Shown: positions 10,015 to 21,038 of the stretch, one piece after another
Layout of the letters: each line of letters begins with the position of its first letter
How positions within the stretch are numbered: the first letter of the stretch is position 1
Source: Candidatus Methanomethylophilaceae archaeon
GTDB taxonomy: Archaea > Thermoplasmatota > Thermoplasmata > Methanomassiliicoccales > Methanomethylophilaceae
Reading direction: 5' to 3'
Assembly (NCBI GenBank): GCA_944320495.1
Contig: CALUHR010000008.1
Span: forward strand, 32,001 to 96,000
Length of the DNA: 64,000 nucleotides
Program-made: the position numbers and the translations under genes
Notes under the pieces: generated by a model
Databases searched by the model: none
Seen by the model: only the letters and a program-made list of their open reading frames with translations
Told to the model about the DNA's origin: nothing

Positions 10015-11577
10015 TCACATCCTTCTTCCGGACCTTCTGACGCCGATGTCCGAGACGCGGCCCCTGCGCTTGGCGCGGCTGTTGAGCCAGACGTCCTTCC
10101 AGAACCCGGGCGTGAAGAGGATCGCGGCCGTGACTATCTCGAGACGTCCCATCCACATCAGCACGATGAGGATGCCCTTGATCCAGCCGTCGAGCCCGGC
10201 GAAGTCCCCGGTGGGTCCGAAGTTGCCGAAACCCATGCCTCCGTTGGACACCGCGGATATGGAGAGTCCGACCGAGTCCAGCAGGTCGTTGCCCCCGGTC
10301 ATGATCAGGACCGCACCGATGAGGATGGTCAGGACGAACATCACGAACACCATGAGCGCCGAACGGATCACGCTGTCCTCGACCACGCGGCCGTCGACCT
10401 TCACGGAGTAGACGGAGTTGGTGTGGACCAGGGTGCTGAATCCTGCCCTGATGTACTCGTAGATGATCCTCAGCCTCCCGATCTTGATTCCTCCGCTGGT
10501 GGAGCTGGTGGACGCTCCGATTACGACGACGATCATCAGGAAGATGGTGCACTGGGCCGGCCAGAGGGTGTAGTCCTCGACGTAGAATCCCGTGGACGTC
10601 CCGAGGGACACCGTGGTGAACAGGACGTCCTTGAAGACCTCGTAGAGGCTCCTGGCGTCGGTAGGCTTGCCGGAGACGATCATGTCCTGGAGCATCAGCA
10701 GGAAGATGACCACCGTGATGACCCCGAACCACACGATCATGGCACGGTACTCGGAGTTGCCACGGTAGACGCCGCGCTCCCTCCTGGCTATGGCGCGGTA
10801 GTGGAGGTAGAAGTTCGTTCCTCCGAGGAACATGAAGGCGATGGTGACCCATTGGACGGCGTCCGAGTAGATCATCAGGCTGCTGTTGAACATGAACAGG
10901 CCACCGGTCGAGATGGTGGAGAACATGAGGCACATGGCCTCGATGGTAGGCACCTGCAGGATCACGAGGAAGATGAAGTTCAGGGCGCTCAGCAGCATGT
11001 AGATCATGATGAACGAGCGGGCGACGTCCCTCATCTTATGGGAGTAGTCCGAGGACTCGTACCCGGCCAGCTCGTTGTAGAACAGTCCGCGGCCGTGGCC
11101 CACCTTCGGCAAGAAGTAAAGGAAGATCAGGACGACGGCGATACCTCCGATCCACTGGGTCATGGACCTCCAGATCAGGAGACTGGTGCTCTGCTCGCTC
11201 AGGTCGCCGATGACGGTGAGCCCGGTGGTGGTGATGCCGCTGACCGACTCGAAGATCGCGTCAATGGGGTCTATCCCCGACATGATGTAAGGGATGGTGC
11301 CGATGGCGAACATCACCAGCCAGGAGAGCCCAACCAGCAGCAGTCCGTTCACGAAGCGGAACGTGCGGTACTGGGTGAACATGAGGTACTGGAAGGATCC
11401 GAGGGCCAGAAGAAACGGGATCGGGGCAAGGAAGGGCATAGCGTCCTCGCCGAAGTACAGGGCGAAGGCGGCCGGCACCAGCAGCACCAGGCCGAAGATT
11501 ACCTCCACCAGGCCGAGGACGTTGACCGTCGTCCCCTCCCAACGGATGCAGCGCTTGCGAAAATCCTTCCACTTCAA
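10015..11577 (-). CDS. trkH: Trk potassium uptake membrane protein
   Basis: Pore-loop motifs FESVSGITTTG, STISTGG, GTSTG, SAVSNGG and MWMGRLE; TTG start. Confidence 0.95.
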   Translation of the reverse strand: MKWKDFRKRCIRWEGTTVNVLGLVEVIFGLVLLVPAAFALYFGEDAMPFLAPIPFLLALGSFQYLMFTQYRTFRFVNGLLLVGLSWLVMFAIGTIPYIMSGIDPIDAIFESVSGITTTGLTVIGDLSEQSTSLLIWRSMTQWIGGIAVVLIFLYFLPKVGHGRGLFYNELAGYESSDYSHKMRDVARSFIMIYMLLSALNFIFLVILQVPTIEAMCLMFSTISTGGLFMFNSSLMIYSDAVQWVTIAFMFLGGTNFYLHYRAIARRERGVYRGNSEYRAMIVWFGVITVVIFLLMLQDMIVSGKPTDARSLYEVFKDVLFTTVSLGTSTGFYVEDYTLWPAQCTIFLMIVVVIGASTSSTSGGIKIGRLRIIYEYIRAGFSTLVHTNSVYSVKVDGRVVEDSVIRSALMVFVMFVLTILIGAVLIMTGGNDLLDSVGLSISAVSNGGMGFGNFGPTGDFAGLDGWIKGILIVLMWMGRLEIVTAAILFTPGFWKDVWLNSRAKRRGRVSDIGVRRSGRRM

Positions 11578-11581
11578 CCGA

Positions 11582-12934
11582 TCACATCTCCGGCAGGACT
11601 CCCTTGCCGAAGATCCTCACGACCTCCGACTCCATCTTCGCGTTCGAGAATAGAATGACCGAGTCACCGTCCTCCATCCTGGTGTCCAGCACCGGGTACA
11701 GGATCTCGCCTTGGCGCTCGATGGCCACGAGACGGAGCCCCTCGGGCATGTTCAGGTCCCCGACGAAGCGGTTCAGCAGCTTGGAGCCCGAGTCGACGAC
11801 ATGGGTGAAGAACATCCAGTCGCTGCTCTGCATCCTGGCTATGGCCAGCTCGTCGGAGACGAGGCATTTGATGATCTCGTTGGACACGACCTGGTTGAAG
11901 CCGATGATGGTCTGCAGGCCGGTGTAGCGGAAGATGTCCTCGTACTCGCGCATGAAATACCGAGAGATGACCTTGCGCGCGTTGTGCCTGCCGGCGGACA
12001 TGCACATGAGGAGGTTCGTCTCGTCCCTCGACGAGGTCGAGACGGTGGCATCCACGCGGAACACGTTCTCGTCCGCCTGGATGTTCGGGTCGGTGTAGTC
12101 GGCGTTGATGATGGCGACGCCGCTGAGCGCCCTGGAGAGGGCGATGCAGCGGGCCGGGTCGCGCTCGATGATCTTGATGTATCTCTTTACGGGATCGTCG
12201 GAGAGCATCTTGGCGAGGTTTAATCCGACGATGGAGCCTCCGAGGATGCAGACCTCCCTGGTGACGTCCTCGACACCGACCATCTCGTTGAACTGGGAGA
12301 TTGCCTCGTCGCTCCCGAACACGCACAGGCGGTCGCCGGGATGGACCTCCATCGTCTCCGGGGATGTGAACACATCGTCGTCGCGATAGATGGCGAAAAC
12401 GGTGCATCCTGGCGGTATGGGGAGGTGCATGACGACACGTCCCACGATGGGCTTCTGTCCCTGGACGGAGAACACGGCGATGCTCACGCCCATGCTCCTG
12501 ATGCTCTCGTACTCGACGACGTTCTCGAGGACGCTGAGCCTGTACATCTTCTCCGCGGTCGTCAGGTCGGGGGATATGATGTAGTCGATGCCCTCCACGC
12601 CGTCGGACGCGGTGTCGACCATGAAGTCGGGGTTGTGGATGGTGGCCACGGTCTTGATGTCGGGCTTGATCCTCTTGGCCATCATGCAGACGAATAGGTT
12701 CTCCGAGTCTGAGCTCAGCGTCGAGACTATGACCTCGGCGCCATGGCTCTCTATGGCGTATCTGAGGATGCGCGGATTCGTACCGTCCTCCCTCAGGACG
12801 GCGACGTTGAGGCGGCCCTTCAGGGTCTCCGTCACGGATTCGTCCTTCTCGATGACGAGGACGTCGTGAACGTCGGAGACCGTCTCGGCGGAGACGAATC
12901 CGACGTTCCCCGCCCCGACTATGATGACCTTCAT
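11582..12934 (-). CDS. trkA: Trk potassium transporter RCK subunit
   Basis: IIVGAGNVG and second ILGGSIVG Rossmann motifs; adjacent to trkH. Confidence 0.95.
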   Translation of the reverse strand: MKVIIVGAGNVGFVSAETVSDVHDVLVIEKDESVTETLKGRLNVAVLREDGTNPRILRYAIESHGAEVIVSTLSSDSENLFVCMMAKRIKPDIKTVATIHNPDFMVDTASDGVEGIDYIISPDLTTAEKMYRLSVLENVVEYESIRSMGVSIAVFSVQGQKPIVGRVVMHLPIPPGCTVFAIYRDDDVFTSPETMEVHPGDRLCVFGSDEAISQFNEMVGVEDVTREVCILGGSIVGLNLAKMLSDDPVKRYIKIIERDPARCIALSRALSGVAIINADYTDPNIQADENVFRVDATVSTSSRDETNLLMCMSAGRHNARKVISRYFMREYEDIFRYTGLQTIIGFNQVVSNEIIKCLVSDELAIARMQSSDWMFFTHVVDSGSKLLNRFVGDLNMPEGLRLVAIERQGEILYPVLDTRMEDGDSVILFSNAKMESEVVRIFGKGVLPEM

Positions 12935-13074
12935 CCGCTGGGACTACGCCTACGGGAACTATAACACTTTTCGGTCGGTCGGGAGGGGTCATCCAGCCCC
13001 CTCTCCCTTCCATATATAGGATATGGAGTTTCCGACCGAATCATATTAACATTGAGATTCGCATCCGTCGCCTC

Positions 13075-14331
13075 ATGTGGCAGCAAGTCAACGAGGACTT
13101 CTGGAAGGAGAACCGCGAATCCAAGGTCGGACAGGTCGAGGACACCGTCCGCGAGATCGTCGAAAACGTCAGGCAGAACGGCGACAAGGCCCTCAGGGAG
13201 CTGGCGAAGAAGTTCGACAAGGTCGACCTGGGTGAGATCGCGGTGACCCGCGAAGAGATCGAGGCCGCCTACGAGCAGGTGAAGCCCGAACTCGTGGAGG
13301 AGCTCGAGAACGCTGCATTCAACATCGAGAGGTTCCACAGGATGCAGATGCCCGCAGGCCTCTGGCTCACCGAGGTCGAGCCCGGCATCACCCTCGGGGT
13401 CAAGTCCACCCCCCTCGAGAGGGTCGGATGCTACATCCCCGGAGGGCGCGCGTCCTATCCCAGCACCGTGCTCATGACCGCCATCCCCGCCAAGGTCGCG
13501 GGCGTCGACGAGGTCATCATGTGCACCCCCGCACCGATCAACCCCCTCACCCTCGTGGCCGCCGACATCGCCGGCGTCGACGAGATCTACAAGTCCGGAG
13601 GCGCCCAGGCCATCGCCGCCATGGCCCTCGGTACCGAGAGCATCGAGCCCGTTCAGAAGATCGTCGGGCCCGGCAACGTGTTCGTCACCGGCGCCAAGAT
13701 GATGCTCCGCAACACCGTCGACATCGACTTCCCCGCCGGCCCCTCCGAGATCGGCGTCCTCGCAGACGAGACCGCCGTGCCCGAGTACGTGGCCTCCGAC
13801 CTCATCGCCCAGGCGGAGCACGACCCGTCCTCCGCCAGCCTGCTGGTCACCAGCGACCCCGACCTCCCCGACAGGATCTGGGAGATCATGGAGGGCATGA
13901 TCGAGAAGGCCCCCAGGAGGGAGATCATCGAGAAGGCCATGAACAACTCCGGCTACATCATCGCCGAGGACATGGACCTCGCCATCGAGATCATGAACGG
14001 CATCGCCCCCGAGCACCTGTCCATCCAGGTCCGCGACCCGCTGGACGTCCTCGGCAAGGTCAGGAACGGCGGTTCCATCTTCGTCGGACCCTACACCCCG
14101 GTCGCCGCCGGCGACTACGCATCCGGGACCAACCACGTCCTGCCCACGTCCGGCCACGCCGCAACCTGCTCCGGCCTGAACGTCCACCACTTCATGAAGA
14201 CCTCCACCGTCCAGATGCTCTCCAAGGAGGGGCTGGCCGTTCTCGCGCCGACCATCGAGACCCTGGCCACCGCTGAGGGCCTGCACGCCCACTGCGAATC
14301 GGTCAAGATCAGGAAGCCGGAGGAGGAGTGA
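13075..14331 (+). CDS. hisD: Histidinol dehydrogenase
   Basis: YIPGG, KIVGPGN, AGPSE, AQAEHD, APEHL, GDYASGTNHVLPT. Confidence 0.98.
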   Translation: MWQQVNEDFWKENRESKVGQVEDTVREIVENVRQNGDKALRELAKKFDKVDLGEIAVTREEIEAAYEQVKPELVEELENAAFNIERFHRMQMPAGLWLTEVEPGITLGVKSTPLERVGCYIPGGRASYPSTVLMTAIPAKVAGVDEVIMCTPAPINPLTLVAADIAGVDEIYKSGGAQAIAAMALGTESIEPVQKIVGPGNVFVTGAKMMLRNTVDIDFPAGPSEIGVLADETAVPEYVASDLIAQAEHDPSSASLLVTSDPDLPDRIWEIMEGMIEKAPRREIIEKAMNNSGYIIAEDMDLAIEIMNGIAPEHLSIQVRDPLDVLGKVRNGGSIFVGPYTPVAAGDYASGTNHVLPTSGHAATCSGLNVHHFMKTSTVQMLSKEGLAVLAPTIETLATAEGLHAHCESVKIRKPEEE

Positions 14332-14335
14332 TCCC

Positions 14336-16438
14336 ATGGCGGGCCGCACCACGAAGAGGGCCCCCGCGGACGAGACCCCTGCGGCCCCCGATCTCTACGA
14401 CTCCAAGTACTACATCAACAGGGAGCTGTCGTGGCTCGAGTTCAACAGGAGGTGCCTCGAGGAGGCCAAGGACGCCTCCAACCCCCTGCTGGAGAGGGTG
14501 AAGTTCCTGGCGATATGCTACGGGAACCTGGACGAGTTCTACATGATCCGCGTCCCCGGGATCATCGCCAAGACCCCCATACCCGGACCGGACTACCTAA
14601 CGATCAACTACAACACCCTGATGCAGCAGGTCTCCGAGACCGTGCAGAAGCTCGTCTTCGAGTACTCCGACTGCTGGAACGGGATCAAGACGGAGCTCGC
14701 CGAGGCGGGCATCGTCATCAGCAAGGTGGAGCAGCTCTCGCCCGACCAGCAGGCCTGGGTGGCCGGGTTCTACAAGCAGAGGGTCCACCCCCTGCTGACC
14801 CCGCTGGCACTGGACGTGAGCCACCCGTTCCCGTTCATCTCCAACAACTCGCTGAACATCGCGGTGAGGATGTACGACAAGAACCACGAACAGCTGTTCG
14901 CCCGTGTCAAGGTCCCCGTCGGCGTCCTCCCCAGGTTCGTGCGGGTCCCCTCCACAAAGGGCGAGCAGTACGTCCTCCTGGAGGACATCCTGGAGAACCA
15001 CATCTCCTCGCTGTTCCCCGGCCTCGACGTGGTGGGTGCGTACATGTTCCGCGTCACACGCAACGCGGATGTGAAGGTCACGATCGACGAGGCCTGCGAC
15101 TTCATGACCGCGGTCGAGGAGTCCCTCGAGGACAGGGACATCGGGTTCCCCGTCAGGATGGCCGTCGAGCGCACCATGCCGCCGGAGATGGTCAAACTGT
15201 TCGCCAGGAACCTGAAGCTCAGCGACCTCCAGGTCCACAGGACCGACGCCATCAGCCTCGGGGACCTGTGGGAGCTCGTGGGCCTGGACTATCCGAAGAT
15301 GAAGGACAAGCCCTTCGAGCCCTACACCCCGCCGGAGCTGGCCGAGGGGATGGACATATTCGAGTCCATCAAGGACAGGGACTGGATCCTGTTCCACCCC
15401 TACGAATCGTTCCAGACCATCGTCCGCTTCATCACCACATCCGCCGAGGACCTAAACGTCCAGAGCATCAAGATCTGCCTGTACAGGATCGGCAAGGACC
15501 CGTCCCTGGTGAAGGCGCTGATGCGCGCCAAGGAGAACGGCAAGACGGTCTCGGTCCTGATGGAGCTCCGCGCCAAGTTCGACGAGAGCAACAACATCCT
15601 GTGGGCCAGGGAGATGGAGAAGATCGGCGTGCACGTGGTCTACGGTCCGGTGAACCTGAAGGTCCACTCCAAGCTCCTCCAGGTCGTCCGCCTCGAGGGG
15701 GAGAAGCTCGTCCGCTACACGCACATGAGCTCGGGCAACTACAACTCGTCCACCGCCAAGCAGTACGGGGACATCTCGTTCCTGACCGCCAACCCGGAGA
15801 TCGGGGAGGACGTGGGGGAGCTGTTCAACGCCCTGACCGGATACTTCGGACCCAGGATGTACACGCATCTGCTGGTGGCTCCGCTGACACTTAAGAGCTC
15901 CCTGATCGAGAAGATCGAGCGCGAGATAGAGGTGTGCAGGACCACCGGAAGCGGGTACATCGCCATGAAGGCGAACGGGCTGATCGACTCGGACATCATC
16001 GCCGCGCTCTACAAGGCGTCCAACGCCGGCGTCCGCATCGACCTCAACATCCGCGGACTCTGCTGCCTACGCCCGGGGATCCCCGGTGTCTCGGAGAACA
16101 TCAGGGTCACCAGCATCGTGGACAGGTTCCTCGAGCACTCGAGGATCTACTACTTCGAGAACGGCGGCCATCCGGAGATGTACATGGGATCATCGGACAT
16201 GATGCCCAGGAACCTACTGGCCAGGGTGGAGGTGCTGTTCCCCGTGCTGGACCAGGACATGCTCGCCCACATAAGGGACGACATCCTGAGGATCCATCTC
16301 AGCGACAACGTGAAGGCACGCGAGCTTCTGCCCGACGGCACCTACAGGCTCGTCCAGAGGCCGGAGGGCGAGAAGAGGATGAGATCCCAGAAGTGGTTCC
16401 TCGACCACAGGGGATGCTGGCATGGAACAGAGGACTGA
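14336..16438 (+). CDS. ppk1: Polyphosphate kinase 1
   Basis: INRELSWLEFNRR, HPFP, FHPYES, ELRAKFDE, LKVHSK, GNYN, RFLEHSRIYYF. Confidence 0.97.
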   Translation: MAGRTTKRAPADETPAAPDLYDSKYYINRELSWLEFNRRCLEEAKDASNPLLERVKFLAICYGNLDEFYMIRVPGIIAKTPIPGPDYLTINYNTLMQQVSETVQKLVFEYSDCWNGIKTELAEAGIVISKVEQLSPDQQAWVAGFYKQRVHPLLTPLALDVSHPFPFISNNSLNIAVRMYDKNHEQLFARVKVPVGVLPRFVRVPSTKGEQYVLLEDILENHISSLFPGLDVVGAYMFRVTRNADVKVTIDEACDFMTAVEESLEDRDIGFPVRMAVERTMPPEMVKLFARNLKLSDLQVHRTDAISLGDLWELVGLDYPKMKDKPFEPYTPPELAEGMDIFESIKDRDWILFHPYESFQTIVRFITTSAEDLNVQSIKICLYRIGKDPSLVKALMRAKENGKTVSVLMELRAKFDESNNILWAREMEKIGVHVVYGPVNLKVHSKLLQVVRLEGEKLVRYTHMSSGNYNSSTAKQYGDISFLTANPEIGEDVGELFNALTGYFGPRMYTHLLVAPLTLKSSLIEKIEREIEVCRTTGSGYIAMKANGLIDSDIIAALYKASNAGVRIDLNIRGLCCLRPGIPGVSENIRVTSIVDRFLEHSRIYYFENGGHPEMYMGSSDMMPRNLLARVEVLFPVLDQDMLAHIRDDILRIHLSDNVKARELLPDGTYRLVQRPEGEKRMRSQKWFLDHRGCWHGTED

Positions 16439-17996
16439 CACCGAGACCGTAGGCTTCATCGACGTCGGCACCAACTCCATCCATCTGCTGGTGGTCAGGT
16501 TCTATCCTGACACCTCCGGGACGCCCATATTCCAGGACAAGGAGTCCGTGAGGCTGGGCAAGAGCCTGTACAGCACCGGGCGCATCACCCCCGAGGCGGT
16601 GGAGAAGAGCGCCCTGGTCGTATCGAGGTTCGCCCGGATATCCAGAGGCCTCGGCGCAGACCGCGTGATCGCGTTCGCGACCTGCGCGGCCAGGGAGGCC
16701 GCCAACCGCCAGGAGCTCATCGACGCCGTCTCCAAGGATGTGGAGCTGAAGGTAATCCCCGGCACCGAGGAGGCCAGGCTGATCGCCCTGGGCGTATTCG
16801 GGGACCAGGGGCCGGCTGAGCGCACAGTCGAGATCGACATCGGCGGGGGCAGCACCGAGGTCATCGTCCGCGAGAAGGGCGAGGACATCTTCCTCGACAG
16901 CCTCAGCATGGGCGCGGTCCGCTACAACTACTCCCTCAACATCGACTGCTCCGGACCCGTGAGCCAGGAGCAGTACTCCATGATACTCCGCACCGTCGAC
17001 ATATCGTCGTACCACGCGGTGAACAAGGTCCGCGCCCTCGGCTTCCGCAGAGCGGTGGGATCCTCCGGGACGCTCATGTCCATAGCCGACATGTGCGCCG
17101 CCCGCAGGGGAGACGGGGACGCCTCGTACTTCACCCGCAAGGAGCTCCGCTCACTGATGCAGGACCTCTGTCCCATGACCGCCGAGGAGCGCCTCAGGGT
17201 CCCGGGCATGGGGAAGACGAGATCGGACATCATCATCCCCGGAGGGGCGATAGCAGAGGAGCTGATGTCCCTTTTCGGCATATCCAGGATGGACATAAGC
17301 CCGGACGGGCTCAAGCAGGGGATGATGCTGGACCATCAGCTCTCCCACGGGTACACCGTATTCGGTGCCAGGCAGTCCTCCGTGCGCGCCCTGGCCCACA
17401 GGTGCCAGTACGACCGCCGCCATGCCGAGACCGTCGAGCGCAACGCCATGTCCCTCTTCGACCAGTCGAGGGAGCTGGGAATGCACGACCTCGGCCCGCA
17501 GTGGAGGAGCCTGCTCTCCTGCGCGTGCATACTGCACGACATAGGCGAGCTAATCAGCTACTCCAACCACAACGTGCTGTCCCAGGTCATCATCGAGAAG
17601 GCCGACCTCCAGGGGTTCACCTGCGAGGAGATCGCGGCCATGGGTCTCATGGTCAGGTTCCACCACAAGAAGTTCCCCGGCCCGAAGGACTCCCGCCTGG
17701 CGGGCATGTCCAGGGAGGACGCCACAGCCGTCAGGGTGTGCGCCATGCTGCTCAAGATGGCGGACGTCATGGACCGCCACAGGAACAACTCGGTCCGCAG
17801 CGCGCGCATGAGGATAGACGGGGGGCGTCTCATCCTATCGCTCTCCGCCGATGAGGACCCCAGCATGGAGATCTGGAGCCTCGAGCGCATCCGCCCCGAC
17901 TTCCAGAAGCTCTTCGGTCTGGACCTCGTGCCCGTCTCCGTAGATCCGATGACACCCGTCCCGTCTCGGAACGGGGCCGGAACATCCCCGGAATGA
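16422..17996 (+). CDS. ppx: Exopolyphosphatase Ppx/GppA with HD domain
   Basis: IDVGTNS, DIGGGSTE, LHDIG; overlaps the end of ppk1. Confidence 0.93.
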   Translation: MEQRTDTETVGFIDVGTNSIHLLVVRFYPDTSGTPIFQDKESVRLGKSLYSTGRITPEAVEKSALVVSRFARISRGLGADRVIAFATCAAREAANRQELIDAVSKDVELKVIPGTEEARLIALGVFGDQGPAERTVEIDIGGGSTEVIVREKGEDIFLDSLSMGAVRYNYSLNIDCSGPVSQEQYSMILRTVDISSYHAVNKVRALGFRRAVGSSGTLMSIADMCAARRGDGDASYFTRKELRSLMQDLCPMTAEERLRVPGMGKTRSDIIIPGGAIAEELMSLFGISRMDISPDGLKQGMMLDHQLSHGYTVFGARQSSVRALAHRCQYDRRHAETVERNAMSLFDQSRELGMHDLGPQWRSLLSCACILHDIGELISYSNHNVLSQVIIEKADLQGFTCEEIAAMGLMVRFHHKKFPGPKDSRLAGMSREDATAVRVCAMLLKMADVMDRHRNNSVRSARMRIDGGRLILSLSADEDPSMEIWSLERIRPDFQKLFGLDLVPVSVDPMTPVPSRNGAGTSPE

Positions 17997-18151
17997 GCCT
18001 CGGACCCGCTCCGGACGGGCGAAAAAGGACAGATTCAAATAATCCAGCAGGGATAGGGAATCAGAGTGGAAGCCGGTCCCCTTGCATGGAAGAGATTCCA
18101 AACCGGCCTCTACTTACCTTCACATCCCGCCTTCATCAGCGGACGTGATGG

Positions 18152-19441
18152 ATGGGGGATCTCATGGTGACGGGCACGGCATTCTTCGAAGCGGCCGCCG
18201 CCTACAACGATGCACCGGTGAAGAGCGGATTGTGCTCCATATGCAAGGGCGCCCACAGGCTGTGCGGCAAGGACCGCTGCCCCCTGATGATCAAGTTCTA
18301 CTCGCAGCAGAAGACCCGGCCGCTCATAGACGCCAAGGACCTGGCCGGCTCAAGCCCACCGTCCGTCTTCGTGGGACGCTACGGATACCCGAAGGTGGAC
18401 ATCGGACCCCTGGTCCCGCCGGAGTTCGGTGACACCTCCGTAATGGGGAGACCTGAGATGTGGGTCGGGAAGTCGATAGACGAGATCGTCGACATGCGCT
18501 TCCGCCTGGTGAGGGGGAAGTACCGCATCGACGCCACCGACTTCGCGAAGTACGGGCGCATGGTGGACGCGGTCCAGGAGGTGGCGCTGACCGAGCGCCC
18601 CATAGACATAGAGACCACCTTCTCCCAGAAGCCCCGCGGCAGGGTCGTCCTGGACGATGACATCGAGCCCTTCGGTCCTTCGGCCAGGATGGAGGCCATG
18701 TCCATAGGCAACGGGAGGTTCGAGAGGAACCTGGAGAGGTCGTTCTACGACACCGACATGCGCGCCGTGGACGCCGTGGTGTCGGCGTACAGGGGAGGGA
18801 CCCTGATCTCCGAGATCCAGAAGGCCTTCTCTGTTGGAACGATGGGGACCGGCAAGCGCAGGCGCTTCGTCCCCACCAGATGGAGCATCACCGCCGTCGA
18901 CGACATCATAGGCAAGGACCTGCTGAAGACCACCAGGTGGAACCCGACCATCGACGACTTCAGGCTCTACCTCTGGGAGGAGCTGGACAACAGGTGGGCC
19001 ATCCTCCTGATGCCCTGCACCTGGAGGTTCGAGCTCATAGAGGCGTGGTATCCCAACACCACCTGGAACCCCACCGGGAAGACCATAGACGTCATCCACG
19101 ACAGCGAGTTCTTCGACGGCAGGACGGAGTACGCCCACATCGGAGGATGCTACTACGCGTCAAGGATGGCGGTCAACGAGCTGCTCATTAAAGAGGGGAG
19201 GACCGCAGGTGCCGTCATCATGAGGGAGGCCCATCCCGGATACGTTATGCCCGTCGGGGTCTGGAACGTCAGGGAGAACGTCCGCGCCGCTCTGAAGACG
19301 GAGCCCCTCCATTTCGAGACCTACGACCAGGCGATGACCCGTGTGGAGCAGATGATGGACATCAAGCGCGACGGATGGATCGCCAACTCCGACGTGATGA
19401 GGGACTGGCTCGTCCAGAGGAGGATTGAGGACTATTACCGA
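18152..19441 (+). CDS. nreA: Archaeal DNA repair protein Nre; ends at CGA
   Basis: CSICKG...CGKDRCP, SPPSVFVGRYGYP, RFVPTRWSITAVDD, GGCYYA. C-terminal PIP box QRRIEDYY is followed directly by CGA (19439-19441), giving 429 aa; the track gives a 773-aa read-through. Confidence 0.93.
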
Positions 19442-20222
19442 CACGACCCTCGGCGACTTCTCCGGAGAGAGGCTGGAATGGGACGGTCCTTTCCGGATAG
19501 TGGAGTGCGGCAGGGCGCTGTCCCCATCCGGGCTGGACGAGATGGACTACGCCCTGAACCCCTACGGGGGATGCGAGCACGGCTGCATCTACTGCTACGC
19601 CCCGGGACACACCCATTCGGATCTCGCGGGATGGAGGGTCGTCCGCGTCAAGAGGAACGTGATCGACAGGCTGTCCAGGGAGCTGCCCTTCGCGGACGGT
19701 ATAATCGGCATAGGCACGGTCACCGATCCGTACCAGGCCGCAGAGGGCAGGTTCCGCCTGACCAGGGGATGCCTGGAGGTCCTGGCCTCGAGGGGCCGGA
19801 GGATCCACATCCACACCAAATCGGACCTCGTCCTCCGCGACATCGACATCCTGTCGGGGATGGACTGCGTCGTCGGGATCACGTTCACCGGCGTCGATCC
19901 GAGGGTCTCGAAGATGACCGAGCCAGGCGCCCCGCTGCCCGAGGCGAGGCTCCGGGCGATCACCGGCCTCTTGGACGGCGGGGTGCGGACGTACGCCCTG
20001 GTCGCCCCCACCATGTCGACCGCCGAGGGGCACGAGGCGGAGATCATCGATGCCCTCCGTTCCACGGGGGTCCGCCGCGTATACGTGGAACCCCTCAACC
20101 TCAGGCTTGTGGACACCACGCGTCTCGACAGGATGGGCATAACCCCGTCCCCCAAGGCTGTCGCGGAGATGGCCAGACTCTGCCGCGAGGCTGGCATCCT
20201 GGGCATGGGCGTGGTTCGTCGA
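19425..20222 (+). CDS. Radical SAM protein (SplB/Rv2578c-like); ends at CGA
   Basis: NPYGGCEHGCIYCYA (CxxxCxxC), TDPYQ, HTKSD. TTG start overlaps the nre end. CGA at 20220-20222, two codons before TGA. Confidence 0.88.
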
Positions 20223-20619
20223 TATTGAGAACCATTATGAATCGCGATCGTTTCAATCAGACATCTGGGAATTGCGCCATTGCCTTCAGATTGCGAGGGT
20301 CGGAAGGGTTCCTCGATGGACTGGAGAACGGCGATGGAGTTCGTGGGCGCCACTTACGAACTGATCATCCTGTGCTTCGCCTATGGTTCCCCGAACCACT
20401 CCGCCCAGTGTGCCAGAGGGGATTGGGCTGTTGCACGGCCAGATCTCCATGGTCTCCATGTACTACATGTTGAGGACGATCAAACCCTGCTGTTCTTCAA
20501 GATCTCTGACCATCTCGGCAGGAATCCGGCCACCGTAAAGATCCCCCGGTCTCGATATACGGGTGTTTCGCCCCAAGAGGTGTAAGAAGGGAACGACCGA
20601 CAGATCGCCGCCGGCCAGT

Positions 20620-20989
20620 TTTCAGTGTATGCGATCAATCCTCGAGACGATCTTCCACTCGCCGTTTTTACAGGCATTTCCGTGAAGGGCGGAGCATTCA
20701 TCTCTACATTGTAATGCGCGCGAACGCGGCCGAGCCCTCGATTTCAAGGACATCAATGCACGTCATCGCATCGGGAACCGCCCAGGTCTTGTCCACCGAG
20801 TCGAAGAGAGATTGCATGAATCCCCGGCAAGCTCCCCGTTCACGTAGCCTCAAAACCGCCTCCTGGTCAAACGTTTTCCCGAGGAGGGTGGTGTCACAGC
20901 CCCTTCATCCGTCGGAGTAAAATCTGCATTGCCTTCACGACTTCCTCGAAGTCCGATATCTTGTCCGAATCCATCACCTTCGTATCCAT
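20620..20989 (-). pseudogene. Degraded NTF2/lumazine-binding-like gene relic
   Basis: Fragments in different frames (SDFEEVVKAMQ, GYVNGELA, MQSLFDSVD, IDVLEIEGSAAFARI, NGEWKIVSR) match the intact 22317-22703 protein in order. Confidence 0.55.
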
Positions 20990-21015
20990 GCTGACTAATA
21001 GGATTCAGGTGACAC

Positions 21016-21038
21016 GCGGGGTGCAGGGCACACCCGCA
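21016..21038 (-). terminator. GC hairpin directly after the CGA stop
   Basis: GCGGG-GTGC agg GCAC-a-CCCGC inverted repeat. Confidence 0.4.

Noticed and set aside
18152-20473. 773-aa Nre with a long C-terminal extension (similarly 7673-9043, 42986-44836, 46068-47927, 48753-50300, 53464-54039)
   Set aside because: The extensions have no motifs, overlap real genes and each begins at an in-frame CGA. They are better explained as reading through a stop.
20280-20585. 101-aa ORF after the radical SAM gene
   Set aside because: No motif, atypical codon usage, and it lies in a decayed region.
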